DNA of 64,000 nt from an uncultured Staphylococcaceae bacterium (GCA_964384805.1 CAYLLO010000001.1:5623-69622); one strand, 5' to 3'. Positions 11,175-22,569 are shown, numbered from the stretch's first letter. Notes: a model not told the origin generated them from the letters alone. Translations and numbers: made by a program.

Positions 11175-11942
11175 CTATCTATGAATTTTAACTTTTTTAT
11201 GAGGAATTAGAACCTTATTTTTTTTGGCAAGTTCTAAAAGCATTTTTACTTCATGAATTGTTAAAGGTCTAATTTCTCCTTCTTTTAAGTTTTCAATTGA
11301 AATACAACCAAAACGTACACGTGTTAATCTTTTAACAGGATGATTTAAGGCTTCAAACATTAATTTAATTTGATGATAATGACCTTCAGTAATAATAATA
11401 CGTACTAAAGATGATTTATTTAAGCGATCAATTGATTCGATATTGATTATAGCAGGTAAATATTTCATATTACCGACTATTAGCCCTTCAGATAACAATA
11501 AAACTTCTTCTTTTGTTAAAAAACCTTTAATACGTACCAAATATTCTTTTTCAATTCCACTTTTTGGACCTACCATTTTATTCATAAATTCACCATCATT
11601 AGTGATTAAAATGACTCCTTTAGTATCATAATCTAATCTTCCAACTGGAAACAAACGTTCGGTTTTTAGTGAATCAGGTAAAATATCAATAACAGTTTGT
11701 CGATTATGCTCATCACTCACACTAGAAATGATGTTTCTAGGTTTATATAGACAATAATATTTTTTTTCTTCTTTAGTAATAATTACATTATCTACTTTGA
11801 TGACATCGTGTTTATTGGGAATATAACCCATTTCTGTAATCACTTGTTCATTTACTTTGACATGCCCAGATTTAATTAATTCTTCGGCTTTTCTTCGGGA
11901 GGTAATTCCTGAAGCAGCAATTATTTTTTGTAATCTATCCAT
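11175..11942 (-). CDS. rluB: 23S rRNA pseudouridine synthase (RluB/RsuA family)
   Basis: N-terminal S4 domain (ASGITSRRKAEELI), catalytic VGRLDYDTKGVIL; start at ATG 11942; adjacent to spmB as in B. subtilis. Confidence 0.8.
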   Translation of the reverse strand: MDRLQKIIAASGITSRRKAEELIKSGHVKVNEQVITEMGYIPNKHDVIKVDNVIITKEEKKYYCLYKPRNIISSVSDEHNRQTVIDILPDSLKTERLFPVGRLDYDTKGVILITNDGEFMNKMVGPKSGIEKEYLVRIKGFLTKEEVLLLSEGLIVGNMKYLPAIINIESIDRLNKSSLVRIIITEGHYHQIKLMFEALNHPVKRLTRVRFGCISIENLKEGEIRPLTIHEVKMLLELAKKNKVLIPHKKVKIHR

Positions 11943-12152
11943 AATTAAATACTCTCTTTCCTTAAAAATGTAAGAATATAATATAAAAGTCAATTATTTT
12001 TTTAGCATTCTTTGTAATTATAGCATTTTATCTTAAATTAAGCAAGTAAAATAAGGTTATAGATAAGTTTTTTAATAATTAAACCTCTCAAATAATTTCA
12101 ATTTTTTGGTAATATACTTAATAGGTAAAATAACATTTAATTTATAGCAAAA

Positions 12153-12644
12153 TTATAAAAATAATAGTCCTAATATAATTGCCAAAATAAAAGTAATTAA
12201 ATCCGTTAATAATCCAACGTAAAGAGTATAATACCCTTTTTTAACAGAAATTGAACCAAAATAGATAGTTATAACGTAAATTGTTGTATCACTACATCCT
12301 TGAATTAGAGATGATATTTCACTAGTTAAAGATTCGGCTCCATATAAATTATAAATTTCATTCATAATAATTAATGAAGAATTTGCAGATAGAGGTCGTA
12401 AAAAAGCCTGAATAAAGAGTTCAGGAACAATGATTGGATGTTTAATAATCAAGGCTAAAATATCAATTATTCCTGAACCTGTAAAGATGTTCACCGCAAA
12501 AACAATGCCAATGATAGTTGGAAATAATGATATTGCATTTCTCATACCAGTTTTAGCACCTATTATGAAAGTATCAAAACAATTCACTTTTTTATATACG
12601 CCAAATACAAAAATAATAATAATATAAATAGGAACAATTATCAT
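12153..12644 (-). CDS. spmB: spore maturation protein B (nucleoside-recognition/Gate domain membrane protein)
   Basis: Polytopic membrane protein downstream of spmA and dacB; ATGA overlap with spmA stop at 12641-12644. Confidence 0.6.
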   Translation of the reverse strand: MIIVPIYIIIIFVFGVYKKVNCFDTFIIGAKTGMRNAISLFPTIIGIVFAVNIFTGSGIIDILALIIKHPIIVPELFIQAFLRPLSANSSLIIMNEIYNLYGAESLTSEISSLIQGCSDTTIYVITIYFGSISVKKGYYTLYVGLLTDLITFILAIILGLLFL

Positions 12645-13231
12645 AATGGTTTGATCCTTGAAAAATGATAAAATATTTTTTCTAATACAATACCGATAAT
12701 ACAAGATAAAAACGATAAAACAATCATCAATATAAAGAGATTATTGGAAGTTGTTGCACCATTAAGGATTCGTAAACTATAAATTGTAGTTGGAAAAAGA
12801 GTTGGAGCACTAGCATTTAATAAAATAAAAATAATCATAGCACGAGATGCAAGCTCTTTTGTGGTATTTATTCTTTCTAGTTCTTTCATAGTTTTGATGC
12901 CTAAAGGAGTTGCTGCTGAGCCAAGTCCTAAAAAATTGGCTATTAAATTTCCAGCAATCAATGATAAAGCTAAGTCATTGTTTTTTAAAGTTGGAAAAAT
13001 TAAACATAAAGGTTTTTTAATAATAATTGTGACATAATAAATTAGTTCGCTTTTTACTGCAATTTCAAAAATTCCGTTCCAAAAAGTCATTGTTAACATT
13101 AAATTTAAAAAAACTGAAAATGCTTTTTCACTACTATTAATAATTAGTGTTCCTATATTGGTAAAATTTCCTGTAAACATACTAATTATAAAACCAGAAA
13201 AAATTAAAAAAATCCAAATTTTATTCATCAT
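12641..13231 (-). CDS. spmA: spore maturation protein A
   Basis: Gate-domain membrane protein; dacB-spmA-spmB operon order; start uncertain (13231 to 13276). Confidence 0.6.
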   Translation of the reverse strand: MMNKIWIFLIFSGFIISMFTGNFTNIGTLIINSSEKAFSVFLNLMLTMTFWNGIFEIAVKSELIYYVTIIIKKPLCLIFPTLKNNDLALSLIAGNLIANFLGLGSAATPLGIKTMKELERINTTKELASRAMIIFILLNASAPTLFPTTIYSLRILNGATTSNNLFILMIVLSFLSCIIGIVLEKIFYHFSRIKPL

Positions 13232-14066
13232 AGTTTTGTACCAACATTCGATGTAAATTCCAATCATTATAAGCATCCATAGTTATCACAATTAATTCTC
13301 GACCATTTTGATTAAAAATAGTAATTAAAGTACGACCTGCTTTTTTAGTATAACCTGTCTTTCCACCTATAACATTATCATCAGTATGAATCATTCGATG
13401 TTTATTGTGAAAATAAAGTTTTTTTCCATTAGGTAAGGTTTCTGAATATGATTTTGCGCTAATTATTTTTCTAAAAACTTCATTTTTTAAAGCCTCACTA
13501 GTAATATATGCTAAGTCATAACAAGTAGAGTAATTATTAGTAGTACCATCTAAACCAGTAGGATTTTCAAAACTACTGTTTTTTAAATTAAATGAAGATA
13601 CTATTTCATTCATTCGATATACAAAGTCGTTTATATTCGCACTATATGCCATTGCGAGTCCTATAGCTGCATCATTTCCACTTCGAAGTATCAAACCATA
13701 CAATAATGTTTCAATAGAAACGATGTCTCCTATTTCTAAATAAATTCTAGAACCTTCAATGTTTACCATTTTTTCATTTACAATAATATAATTATCTAAA
13801 TTTAAATATTTAATAGCTGTATATGCAGTTAAAATTTTGCAAATTGAGGCTGTTAATTTAGGAGAATTGGCATTTTTAGCAAATAATATTTTTTTAGTTT
13901 TAGCATCCATAACAATGGCTGCTTCACTTGAAATATTACTGTAAATAATTTTTTCTTTAGTAAAAGAAAGTTTATAATTAAGAATTAAAATAATTGAACT
14001 AAATACTATTAAAATATTAATAAATAATAAGAAATCTTTTATTTGTTTTTTAATAATTATCACCAT
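13221..14066 (-). CDS. dacB: D-alanyl-D-alanine carboxypeptidase (DacB-like, sporulation-type)
   Basis: SxxK (SICK), SGN (RSGNDAA), KTG (GKTGYT) penicillin-binding motifs; N-terminal TM anchor. Confidence 0.8.
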   Translation of the reverse strand: MVIIIKKQIKDFLLFINILIVFSSIILILNYKLSFTKEKIIYSNISSEAAIVMDAKTKKILFAKNANSPKLTASICKILTAYTAIKYLNLDNYIIVNEKMVNIEGSRIYLEIGDIVSIETLLYGLILRSGNDAAIGLAMAYSANINDFVYRMNEIVSSFNLKNSSFENPTGLDGTTNNYSTCYDLAYITSEALKNEVFRKIISAKSYSETLPNGKKLYFHNKHRMIHTDDNVIGGKTGYTKKAGRTLITIFNQNGRELIVITMDAYNDWNLHRMLVQNYDE

Positions 14067-14109
14067 TTAATTTTATTAAATAAATAAAAAAATAAGCACT
14101 TGTGGATGC

Positions 14110-15015
14110 TTATTTTTTAAAAAATTCATTTATTAATTCTATTATTTCATTTTTAGTATTATCAAGATTATTAATATCAATTGTAATAAATTTAACATTT
14201 TCTCTATTACGATACCAAGTCATTTGTTTTTTAGCATAATTTCTACTATGCTGTTTAATCAAATTAATAGTTTCTTCTAAAGAGTGTTTCCCATCTAAAA
14301 AATCAAAAATTTCTTGATAACCAATTGCTTTTTGGGCTTGACTAGAAAGTTTATCGGGATATAAAGATTTAACTTCTTCTAGTAAGCCTAAATCAATCAT
14401 TTCATCTACTCGTTTATTAATTCTTTCATATAATTTTTCTCGTTTATCGTTTAAAAAAATTAATAAAAAATCATAAATTTTATTGTGTTTTTGATTTCGA
14501 TCATCATTAGAAACACCACTTTCAGATAGTTCTATAGCACGTAAAACGCGCTTGCGATTATTGGGATGGATTTTTTCAGCCATAATAGGATTTATAGTTA
14601 CTAATATGCTATGAAGTTTTTCATTTGAATATTCAGCGTATTTTTTTTCACTTTCAATATTACGTGCTTCTTCGGTGAAACGATAGTCATACAAAACACT
14701 ATCTATGTATAAACCACTTCCGCCGACAATAATAGGAATTTTATCTTTATCAGAAAATTCTTTAATTTTTTCCCTAACTAATTTTTGATAATCACAAATT
14801 GAAAAACTTGATAAAGGATTTAAAAAATCCATTAAATGATGAGGAATTCCCATGCGTTCTTCAAGTGTTGGTTTAGCGGTTCCAATATTCATATTTTTAT
14901 AGATTTGATAAGCATCACCATTAATAATTTCAGTATTAAGAGTTTTTGCGAGTTCAATTGATAATGTGGTTTTTCCAACTCCAGTTGGACCAGTAATAAC
15001 AATAACTTTCTGCAT
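14110..15015 (-). CDS. miaA: tRNA dimethylallyltransferase
   Basis: P-loop GPTGVGKT; 301 aa; mutS-mutL-miaA order. Confidence 0.9.
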   Translation of the reverse strand: MQKVIVITGPTGVGKTTLSIELAKTLNTEIINGDAYQIYKNMNIGTAKPTLEERMGIPHHLMDFLNPLSSFSICDYQKLVREKIKEFSDKDKIPIIVGGSGLYIDSVLYDYRFTEEARNIESEKKYAEYSNEKLHSILVTINPIMAEKIHPNNRKRVLRAIELSESGVSNDDRNQKHNKIYDFLLIFLNDKREKLYERINKRVDEMIDLGLLEEVKSLYPDKLSSQAQKAIGYQEIFDFLDGKHSLEETINLIKQHSRNYAKKQMTWYRNRENVKFITIDINNLDNTKNEIIELINEFFKK

Positions 15016-15016
15016 T

Positions 15017-16888
15017 TTAAACTACTCGCTTAAACATTTTTTCTATCTCGTAATTAGTAAACTTAATTAGGGTCGGACGACCATGAGGACAAGTATAAGG
15101 CATCTCACATTTATCTAAATCATTAAGTAAGGATTTTACTTCATCAAGACGAATATGCATTTTAGCTTTAATACTTTGTTTACAACTAAGTTTTTTTGCT
15201 AAAGAATCATACATAATACTTTTATTAATTGGAGCATTAATGATTAAATGTTGAATAATATCTTGAATAAACTCGATTTCTAAACCATTGGGAATCCAGC
15301 TAGGAATTGAACGAACAATAATGGTGTTATTGCCAAATTCTTCTAAAGTAATTCCTAAATTCTTAAGTTTGACAAGATTTTCTAAAATTAATAGTTTTTC
15401 TTTAATAGTAAATTCTAATGTAATAGGTACTAATAGCTCGTAGCAGCTATGTATTGAACTTGCAAAGTCATTACTAATTTTTTCATACATTATTCTTTCC
15501 ATTGCTGCGTGTTGGTCAAGTAAGTATAAAATGTTTTCATCTTCTAGTAAAAGATAAGTTTCATGGAAACGACCGATAAAATTTAAGTTTTTAAAGAAAT
15601 TGCGGTTTTGTGGTTTAAATCTAATTTGTTCAATTATTGGTTGTTCAGTTTTATAAGAATCAATATTGTTAGAAGAAACTATTACTTCATCATTTGACTC
15701 ATTTCTGAGCGTTTCAGACGAATAATTGTTAGACTTATTTTTTTCATCTTCTTCAAAAAGGCTCCATAAATCATTAGATTCGTTGTTTTCAGAAATTTTA
15801 TAAGTTAAGTCTTCAGTATTTTTTAAAATATTATCAGTTTTGTTATTATTCAAGCTGTTACTTTCTTCTTTTTTATATTTTAATAGTTCTTGTTCTTTTA
15901 AGGCTAAACTTATTGAATTAGTAATTAAGCTTTTTAAAGTTAATTCATCAGTTAATCTTATTTCTAATTTAGAAGGGTGAACATTAACATCAATTAAGGT
16001 AGGATCAGTTTCAATAAATAATGTCGTAATTGGATGTTTACCTGTTGTAAGGATTGTTGCATATGCATCATCAATCGCATAAATTAAGGAAAGATTTCTT
16101 ATAACTCGACCATTAACAATAATAGTAATTGCTCCTCTATTACTGCGAAAAATTTCATTAGTAGTTGAGTAGCCAAATATTTTATATAGTGGATTTCGTC
16201 CTTCAAAGATTATTAAATTTTTAGCAATTGATGAACCATAGGCTTCTATCATAATATCTTTAATATCTCCATTGCCGCTACTTTTAAATAATTGTTTATT
16301 GTTATTAGTTAAAGTAAAAGAAATATTGGGATGAGATAATGCAGATTTATATAAATAATCAGTAATACTACTTAATTCTTGATAAGTAGACCCTAAGTGT
16401 TTTAAACGAGCAGGTGTATTATGAAAAAGGTTTGATACTTCGACCATTGTTCCCTTAGGAAGACTAGTCATACCTGTTTCTGTTTCTTTGCCATAAGTGT
16501 AAAGATAATAGTAACCGCCAGTACCGGTTGTTGAAGATGTAATTCTAAGTTCAGAAACACTCGCTATTGAAGGTAGGGCTTCTCCTCTAAAACCTAAGGT
16601 AGTAATTTTAAATAAATCAATTTCATTGAATATTTTACTTGTCGCATGTGGTAATAAGGCTAAGGGAATATCCTCTTTTTCCATACCACTACCATTATCT
16701 AAAACGGTAATTTTTTTCAAACCACAATCAATTAGTTCAACTTTAATTTTAGAACTACCGGCGTCAATACTATTTTCAACTAATTCTTTTACAACGCTAG
16801 TAGGACGCTCTACTACTTCTCCTGCTGCGATCAAATTAGTTAATTCAGGACTCATTACGTGAATTTTAGAGTTTTGATTGTTATTCAT
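15017..16888 (-). CDS. mutL: DNA mismatch repair protein MutL
   Basis: GHKL ATPase N-terminal motifs (LIAAGEVVERP, DNGSGM), C-terminal dimerisation domain; 623 aa. Confidence 0.9.
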   Translation of the reverse strand: MNNNQNSKIHVMSPELTNLIAAGEVVERPTSVVKELVENSIDAGSSKIKVELIDCGLKKITVLDNGSGMEKEDIPLALLPHATSKIFNEIDLFKITTLGFRGEALPSIASVSELRITSSTTGTGGYYYLYTYGKETETGMTSLPKGTMVEVSNLFHNTPARLKHLGSTYQELSSITDYLYKSALSHPNISFTLTNNNKQLFKSSGNGDIKDIMIEAYGSSIAKNLIIFEGRNPLYKIFGYSTTNEIFRSNRGAITIIVNGRVIRNLSLIYAIDDAYATILTTGKHPITTLFIETDPTLIDVNVHPSKLEIRLTDELTLKSLITNSISLALKEQELLKYKKEESNSLNNNKTDNILKNTEDLTYKISENNESNDLWSLFEEDEKNKSNNYSSETLRNESNDEVIVSSNNIDSYKTEQPIIEQIRFKPQNRNFFKNLNFIGRFHETYLLLEDENILYLLDQHAAMERIMYEKISNDFASSIHSCYELLVPITLEFTIKEKLLILENLVKLKNLGITLEEFGNNTIIVRSIPSWIPNGLEIEFIQDIIQHLIINAPINKSIMYDSLAKKLSCKQSIKAKMHIRLDEVKSLLNDLDKCEMPYTCPHGRPTLIKFTNYEIEKMFKRVV

Positions 16889-16894
16889 ACTTTA

Positions 16895-19471
16895 TTATTC
16901 ACCTAACTTTCCTTTTAGTTCTGCTAATTTAAGTAATGCATCTATTGGTTTCAAATCATCTATTAAAAGATTTTTTAGATTGCTTAAAACTTCTAATTCA
17001 TTAGAATTAACATTATTAATAATTATTGGTTTAGTATAATTATTTTTGGACAATAATTCAGTTTCATATGAATTATGCTTTTCAAGTTTACTTAAAATAT
17101 CTTTCGCCCGCAAAGTTACCTCAAGTGGTAATTTGGCAAGACTTGCGACATTAATACCATAACTTTGATCAGTTGGACCAGGTAAAACTTTGTGGAAGAA
17201 AATAATATTTCCTTTTTCCTCTTTAGCTTCGACGTGAACATTAAATAAAGCTGGTAAACTATGCTCAAGAGTTGTTAATTCATGATAGTGAGTTGAGAAT
17301 ATTGTTTTTGCCTTGACATTATCGTGAATATATTCAATAATAGCTTGTGCTAAAGCCATACCATCATAAGTTGCAGTTCCGCGGCCAACTTCATCTAAAA
17401 TAATTAAACTATTACTAGTGGCATTTTGTAAAGCGTAATTAACTTCAAGCATTTCCATCATAAAGGTTGATTGTCCAGCCGAAATATCATCACTTGAGCC
17501 AATACGGGTAAAGATTTGATCAAAAATTGGGAGAAGGGCTTTAGTAGCAGGAACAAAACATCCCATTTGGGCCATAATCGCAATAATAGCAGTTTGACGC
17601 ATAAACGTACTTTTACCACTCATATTTGGGCCAGTAATTAACATAATTAAGCTATCATTATACATTGTTAAGTCGTTTGGAACAAAAGGGGTATCAGTTT
17701 CATTTTCAATAACAGGATGGCGCCCTTCAACAATTTTAATTTCACCATATAAGGAAAATTGGGGACGAACATAACCTTCACATTTTGATACTTTAGAAAA
17801 AGCATGAAGCATATCTAGTTCAGAGATTAAAGAAGCAGTAAACTGAAGTTTTGCGGAATAGGTTTTACAGATGTCACGAATCTCATTAAATAATTCAATT
17901 TCTAATTCATGAATACGTTCATCAGCTCGTAAAATAAGGGCTTCACGTTCTTTTAATTCTTCGGTTATAAATCTTTCAGAGTTGCTAGTTGTTTGTTTTC
18001 TGATATATCCTAGATCATCTGTAACTAAAGCAAGATTAGCTTTGGTCACTTCAATATAATAACCGAATACTTTATTATAACCAACTTTTAATGATTTAAT
18101 ACCAGTTCGTTCTTTTTCTCGAATTTCAAGATTTGTTAAAAAAGTTTTATTATTTTGGCTAACTTCTTTAATTCTATCAAGCTCTTCATTATAACCAGGT
18201 TTAATAATGTTACCTTCTCTTAATAAATAAGGTGCATCTTCTTTAATGGCTTTGTCTAATAATTTATAAAATTCATCATATGTTTCGATATTTTTTTCTA
18301 GTTTTAAGAAATTATTAGTATTACCTTCAATTAACAACTTTTTAATATTTGGTAAACTTCCTAGTGATTTTTTTAGTTGGAGTAAATCACGTGGAGATAA
18401 ATTGCCATAGCTAATACGACCAACAATTCGTTCTAAGTCATAAATGTTATTTAATTCTTTCGATAAATCATTAAGTAAAGAAATGTGATTAGTAAAGTCA
18501 TCAACAATTTGTAAACGAGACTGAATTTTATTATAATCAGTCAATGGATAAATGATACTGCGTTTGAGAAAACGAGATCCCATTGCTGTAGAACATTTAT
18601 CGAGTAAACTAAATAAGTTTTTATTATTACGATTGCCTTTTAATGATTCTATTAATTCTAAATTTTTTAAAGAATTGGAATCAAGTTTTAAAAATTCATC
18701 ATTAGAATATTTTTTAAATGGTTTTAAATGAACTAATACGCGTTTTTGAGTATTAATGACATAACTTAATAATCTTTTACAAGTATTAACAGATTTATTA
18801 TCTAAATCAGTAATTAAATTGACTAAATAATCGTCAATCTTAGTATTATTTTCAATAGAGACTAAGATATTGAGACGATTTTTCAAATAGTCTCGATAAA
18901 TTTTAGGAAACTTGTCATTTGTGATAATTTCTTTAATATTAAGTTTTTGTAATTCATTATAGAAATAATTAATGTGATTAGGTAAGATAGTAACATTAGT
19001 TTCGCCAGTAGATAAATCAATATAGCAAAAAACATAGCCATCATCAATTTTATCAACAGCACCTAAGTAACTATTGTCTTTTTCAGATAAATATAATTCA
19101 TCAACATTAGTACCAGGAGTGATTATTTTAGTTACTTCACGTGTAACAATTTTTTTATTGTTTGCTTCTTCCATTTGTTCAACAATGGCTACTTTATAAC
19201 CTTTAGAAGATAATTTTTCAATATAATTTTCAACTGCATGATAAGGAACTCCGCACATAGGTACTGGTTCATTGTTAGTTCCAGCATCACGGCTTGTTAA
19301 AACAATTTCTAATTCCTTGCTTGCAACTAATGCATCATTAAAAAACATCTCATAGAAATCTCCAAGTCTAAAGAATACGAGAGTGTCGGGATAATTTTCC
19401 TTAATAGTTAAGTATTGACGCATCATTGGTGTATAAGAGTTTTTATCTATTTTTTCGTACATATTTATCAC
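16895..19471 (-). CDS. mutS: DNA mismatch repair protein MutS
   Basis: Walker A GPNMSGKST, MutS domain organisation; 858 aa. Confidence 0.95.
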   Translation of the reverse strand: MINMYEKIDKNSYTPMMRQYLTIKENYPDTLVFFRLGDFYEMFFNDALVASKELEIVLTSRDAGTNNEPVPMCGVPYHAVENYIEKLSSKGYKVAIVEQMEEANNKKIVTREVTKIITPGTNVDELYLSEKDNSYLGAVDKIDDGYVFCYIDLSTGETNVTILPNHINYFYNELQKLNIKEIITNDKFPKIYRDYLKNRLNILVSIENNTKIDDYLVNLITDLDNKSVNTCKRLLSYVINTQKRVLVHLKPFKKYSNDEFLKLDSNSLKNLELIESLKGNRNNKNLFSLLDKCSTAMGSRFLKRSIIYPLTDYNKIQSRLQIVDDFTNHISLLNDLSKELNNIYDLERIVGRISYGNLSPRDLLQLKKSLGSLPNIKKLLIEGNTNNFLKLEKNIETYDEFYKLLDKAIKEDAPYLLREGNIIKPGYNEELDRIKEVSQNNKTFLTNLEIREKERTGIKSLKVGYNKVFGYYIEVTKANLALVTDDLGYIRKQTTSNSERFITEELKEREALILRADERIHELEIELFNEIRDICKTYSAKLQFTASLISELDMLHAFSKVSKCEGYVRPQFSLYGEIKIVEGRHPVIENETDTPFVPNDLTMYNDSLIMLITGPNMSGKSTFMRQTAIIAIMAQMGCFVPATKALLPIFDQIFTRIGSSDDISAGQSTFMMEMLEVNYALQNATSNSLIILDEVGRGTATYDGMALAQAIIEYIHDNVKAKTIFSTHYHELTTLEHSLPALFNVHVEAKEEKGNIIFFHKVLPGPTDQSYGINVASLAKLPLEVTLRAKDILSKLEKHNSYETELLSKNNYTKPIIINNVNSNELEVLSNLKNLLIDDLKPIDALLKLAELKGKLGE

Positions 19472-19631
19472 CTTGTTTCTAATTATATCATTTTTTTCGA
19501 AAATTTTAAAGAATATTGATTAAAAATATAATTATGTCTGATTGTTTTGTGATATATTCAAAATTAATAATTTGATGAAATTTATAAATTTTAAGAAATA
19601 TTTGTTAATAAAATATAATAAAATAAAAACT

Positions 19632-19668
19632 TCACCCATCTTTTTAAAAGGTTGGTGAAGTATGATTT
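19632..19668 (-). terminator. rho-independent terminator
   Basis: Stem cttcacc/ggtgaag with T-run on minus strand, just downstream of the 19673 gene. Confidence 0.45.
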
Positions 19669-19672
19669 TGAA

Positions 19673-20248
19673 TTATCTTTCCTTTATTTTTTCAATATTT
19701 GTTAATCTTATAACAACTGTTGATAAGATGCTATTTACAAATAATTCAATAAGGAAATTAATTCCAATAAAAGACAAAAACAAATATGCCATAACATTTT
19801 GTCCTGCCGCCAAGCCTTCTAATAAATCATAGTAAAATAGATACGCAGAAATTATAAAAAGGCCAGTATTAATAATTGGAACAATTATAGATGCGATAAT
19901 TGCAGCAAAAATATTGTTTTTGTTAGATAATAATTTGTATACAAAACCTGCAGCGGCTCCGGCTATTGCCATTTTTAATGTACAAATTAAAAATGTTATG
20001 AAAACTCCATATTCCCAAAATAGTGCTATAGTGCTTGGGGAAATAAAAACTAAGATTCCGCTAACAGCTCCTAATATAAATCCTGTAGATGGGCCATAAA
20101 TTACGGCTCCAACCACGATTGGTATTAAAGATAAAGTGATACTAACAGATCCTAATTGAACATAGTTACTAAATAGTTGTAAAACAACAACTAATGCACC
20201 TATAATAGCAATACCAGTAATTTTATTTATTTGTAAATTTCTTCTCAT
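19673..20248 (-). CDS. small polytopic membrane protein (ECF-transporter S-component-like)
   Basis: 191 aa, about 5-6 TM helices, GGAGG RBS; 50 nt downstream of obg with no intervening terminator. Confidence 0.4.
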   Translation of the reverse strand: MRRNLQINKITGIAIIGALVVVLQLFSNYVQLGSVSITLSLIPIVVGAVIYGPSTGFILGAVSGILVFISPSTIALFWEYGVFITFLICTLKMAIAGAAAGFVYKLLSNKNNIFAAIIASIIVPIINTGLFIISAYLFYYDLLEGLAAGQNVMAYLFLSFIGINFLIELFVNSILSTVVIRLTNIEKIKER

Positions 20249-20298
20249 TCTTCCTCCTCTTTAGGCTCACGTTTATAAGTCCCATAAGTAATTAAAAA

Positions 20299-21576
20299 TT
20301 AATCTATGAATTCAAATTCATAGTTTAGAATACGAACGGTATCACCGTTTTTGACACCTTTTTGGCGTAGTGCTTCATCTACTCCCATTGTGCGAAGTTT
20401 TTTAGCAAATAGTCTAGCGTTTGCTTCAGTTGAAATATCAAACTTATCCAATAAGCGTTTAATGGCTGGACCTGTAACATTATATACATCATCTTCTTCA
20501 AGGGTAATAGTGAAAGGAGCCTCAGGCTCTGTAAAGTTATATTCAACTACGACATCTTGAGGGGTAACAATTTCTTCCATATTTTTTACTTCTTCAAGTT
20601 TATCAGCAATTGTATATAGTAATTCGTTTAAATTATTTTTAGTTAAAGCAGAAATAGCGATAATATTATCAATACCTAATTCTTTTTTAAAACGCTTTAA
20701 ATTAGCTTCTGCTTTAGGCATATCCATTTTATTAGCAACAATAATTTGGGGACGTTTTAATAAATCTGAATTATAGTTTTCAAGTTCTTTATTGATTTTT
20801 AGATAGTCATTTACTGGATCGCGATCTTCGTTGGCGCTCATGTCAATTATGTGAACAATTACTCTTGTCCGTTCAATATGTTTTAAAAATTGAATACCAA
20901 GTCCAAGTCCTGTATGAGCTCCTTCAATCAATCCTGGTAAATCAGCCATTATGAAACTTCTCCCATCTGGTACGGCAACAACTCCTAAATAAGGAATTAA
21001 AGTTGTAAAATGATAGTCAGCTATTTTAGGCTTGGCTTCGCTTACAACAGAAATTATCGTGCTTTTACCAACACTTGGGAAACCTACCAACCCGACATCG
21101 GCTAAAACTTTTAAATTAAGCTCTATATTTCGTTCTTCTCCGGGTTCACCTTTTTCACAAATATCAGGAGCAGGGTGGCGAGAACTTGCAAAAAAGGCAT
21201 TACCTCTTCCGCCTTTTCCACCTTTACAAACAACAACTTCTTGGAATGGTTTTATAATATCTCCAACAATTAAATTTTTATCTATATCGATAATAGTAGT
21301 TCCAACTGGAACTTTTACATAAATATCTTTACCATCGGCACCAAATTTATCTTTGTTCATTCCATTTTGGCCATCTTCTGCTTTGATTTTGTGATTATAG
21401 CGAAAGTCTAAAAGAGTAGTTAAGCCACTATCTCCAACGAAAATAACACTTCCACCTTTTCCGCCTTTTCCGCCTGATGGGCCACCTTTGGCGACATATT
21501 TTTCGCGTCTAAAAGCAACAATCCCATCTCCGCCTTTTCCGGCCTTTACGACAATTTTAGCTGTATCTACAAACAT
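20299..21576 (-). CDS. obgE: GTPase Obg
   Basis: Gly-rich Obg fold N-terminus (KGGDGIVAF...GGKGGKGGS), G-domain GFPSVGKST, C-terminal Obg_CT; start at ATG 21576 (MFVDTAKI) with AAAGGAGG RBS. Confidence 0.9.
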   Translation of the reverse strand: MFVDTAKIVVKAGKGGDGIVAFRREKYVAKGGPSGGKGGKGGSVIFVGDSGLTTLLDFRYNHKIKAEDGQNGMNKDKFGADGKDIYVKVPVGTTIIDIDKNLIVGDIIKPFQEVVVCKGGKGGRGNAFFASSRHPAPDICEKGEPGEERNIELNLKVLADVGLVGFPSVGKSTIISVVSEAKPKIADYHFTTLIPYLGVVAVPDGRSFIMADLPGLIEGAHTGLGLGIQFLKHIERTRVIVHIIDMSANEDRDPVNDYLKINKELENYNSDLLKRPQIIVANKMDMPKAEANLKRFKKELGIDNIIAISALTKNNLNELLYTIADKLEEVKNMEEIVTPQDVVVEYNFTEPEAPFTITLEEDDVYNVTGPAIKRLLDKFDISTEANARLFAKKLRTMGVDEALRQKGVKNGDTVRILNYEFEFID

Positions 21577-21638
21577 AAAAACCTCCTTTTGTGAAGATAA
21601 AAAGCACTTCAAATATTATGAAGTGCTAAAATAATTTT

Positions 21639-21923
21639 CTATTCTTGTACAGGGTACACTGATGCTTGTTTTTTACCTTTACCAATAATTTCGAATTTTA
21701 CAATACCATCGATTTTACTAAATAAAGTATCATCACTACCGATACCAACATTTTTACCAGGATGTACTTTAGTACCTCTTTGACGATAAATAATTGATCC
21801 TGTAGTAGCAAATTGACCATCAGATAGTTTAGCACCTAAGCGTCTACCAATAGAGTCACGTCCGTTTTTAGTAGACCCAACCCCTTTTTTAGAAGCAAAA
21901 AATTGCAAATTAAATCTTAACAT
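21639..21923 (-). CDS. rpmA: 50S ribosomal protein L27 with N-terminal propeptide
   Basis: [24 protein letters not shown] matches the Firmicute L27 precursor with the Prp cleavage site after LQFF. Confidence 0.9.
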   Translation of the reverse strand: MLRFNLQFFASKKGVGSTKNGRDSIGRRLGAKLSDGQFATTGSIIYRQRGTKVHPGKNVGIGSDDTLFSKIDGIVKFEIIGKGKKQASVYPVQE

Positions 21924-21946
21924 TGCGTGCCACCTCCTATTTGGGC

Positions 21947-22264
21947 TTATTTTATAATTATTTTAAGATTTTGAGGATACTGTTCCTCAATATTAATTAG
22001 AATATCTAATAAATTTTGAATAATTAATAAAGACAAGTTATCAATTTTATTTAATTTAAAATCAATTAATCCCTGTTCTTCATTTTCAATTAATGAGTAA
22101 TCTTCTTTTTTTAATATTTTATTAAGAAGATTTAAAGTAGTAAAGACAGCAGTTGTAATACTGCTACACACAATATCTTCACCATAATTACCATATTCAG
22201 CATGCCCTTTAACTAAAAAGGCGTATGGTTTTTCATTTTTTAGAATGAAACTTGCTTTAGTCAT
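21947..22264 (-). CDS. prp: ribosomal-processing cysteine protease Prp
   Basis: 105-aa DUF464-like protein located between rplU and rpmA; GHAEYG...DIVCSS His/Cys pair. Confidence 0.75.
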   Translation of the reverse strand: MTKASFILKNEKPYAFLVKGHAEYGNYGEDIVCSSITTAVFTTLNLLNKILKKEDYSLIENEEQGLIDFKLNKIDNLSLLIIQNLLDILINIEEQYPQNLKIIIK

Positions 22265-22266
22265 AA

Positions 22267-22566
22267 TTAAGCTACGATTTCTTTAATTAATACTTTTGTG
22301 TAAGCTTGACGATGACCTTGTTTTTTACGATAATTCTTTTTAGGTTTCATCTTAAATACAATGATTTTGGGACTGCGACCTTGTTTTTCAACAGTAGCTA
22401 CTACTTTAGCTCCTTCTAAAACAGGAGTACCAACTTTACCATCAGCTAATAATACTTGATCAAAAGTAACTTCTTCTCCAACTTCAGCTTCTAGTTTTTC
22501 AATGTAAATTGAATCACCTTCTTGAACGCGGTATTGTTTACCACCAGTAACAAAAATTGCGTACAT
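22267..22566 (-). CDS. rplU: 50S ribosomal protein L21
   Basis: [19 protein letters not shown]-terminus; 99 aa. Confidence 0.9.
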   Translation of the reverse strand: MYAIFVTGGKQYRVQEGDSIYIEKLEAEVGEEVTFDQVLLADGKVGTPVLEGAKVVATVEKQGRSPKIIVFKMKPKKNYRKKQGHRQAYTKVLIKEIVA

Positions 22567-22569
22567 CTA

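Noticed and set aside
20304-20323. Perfect palindrome ctatgaatt-ca-aattcatag looked like an obg terminator
   Set aside because: Translation shows it lies inside the obg coding sequence (it encodes the C-terminal ...NYEFEFID). The next gene starts 50 nt later with its own RBS, so obg is more likely co-transcribed with it.
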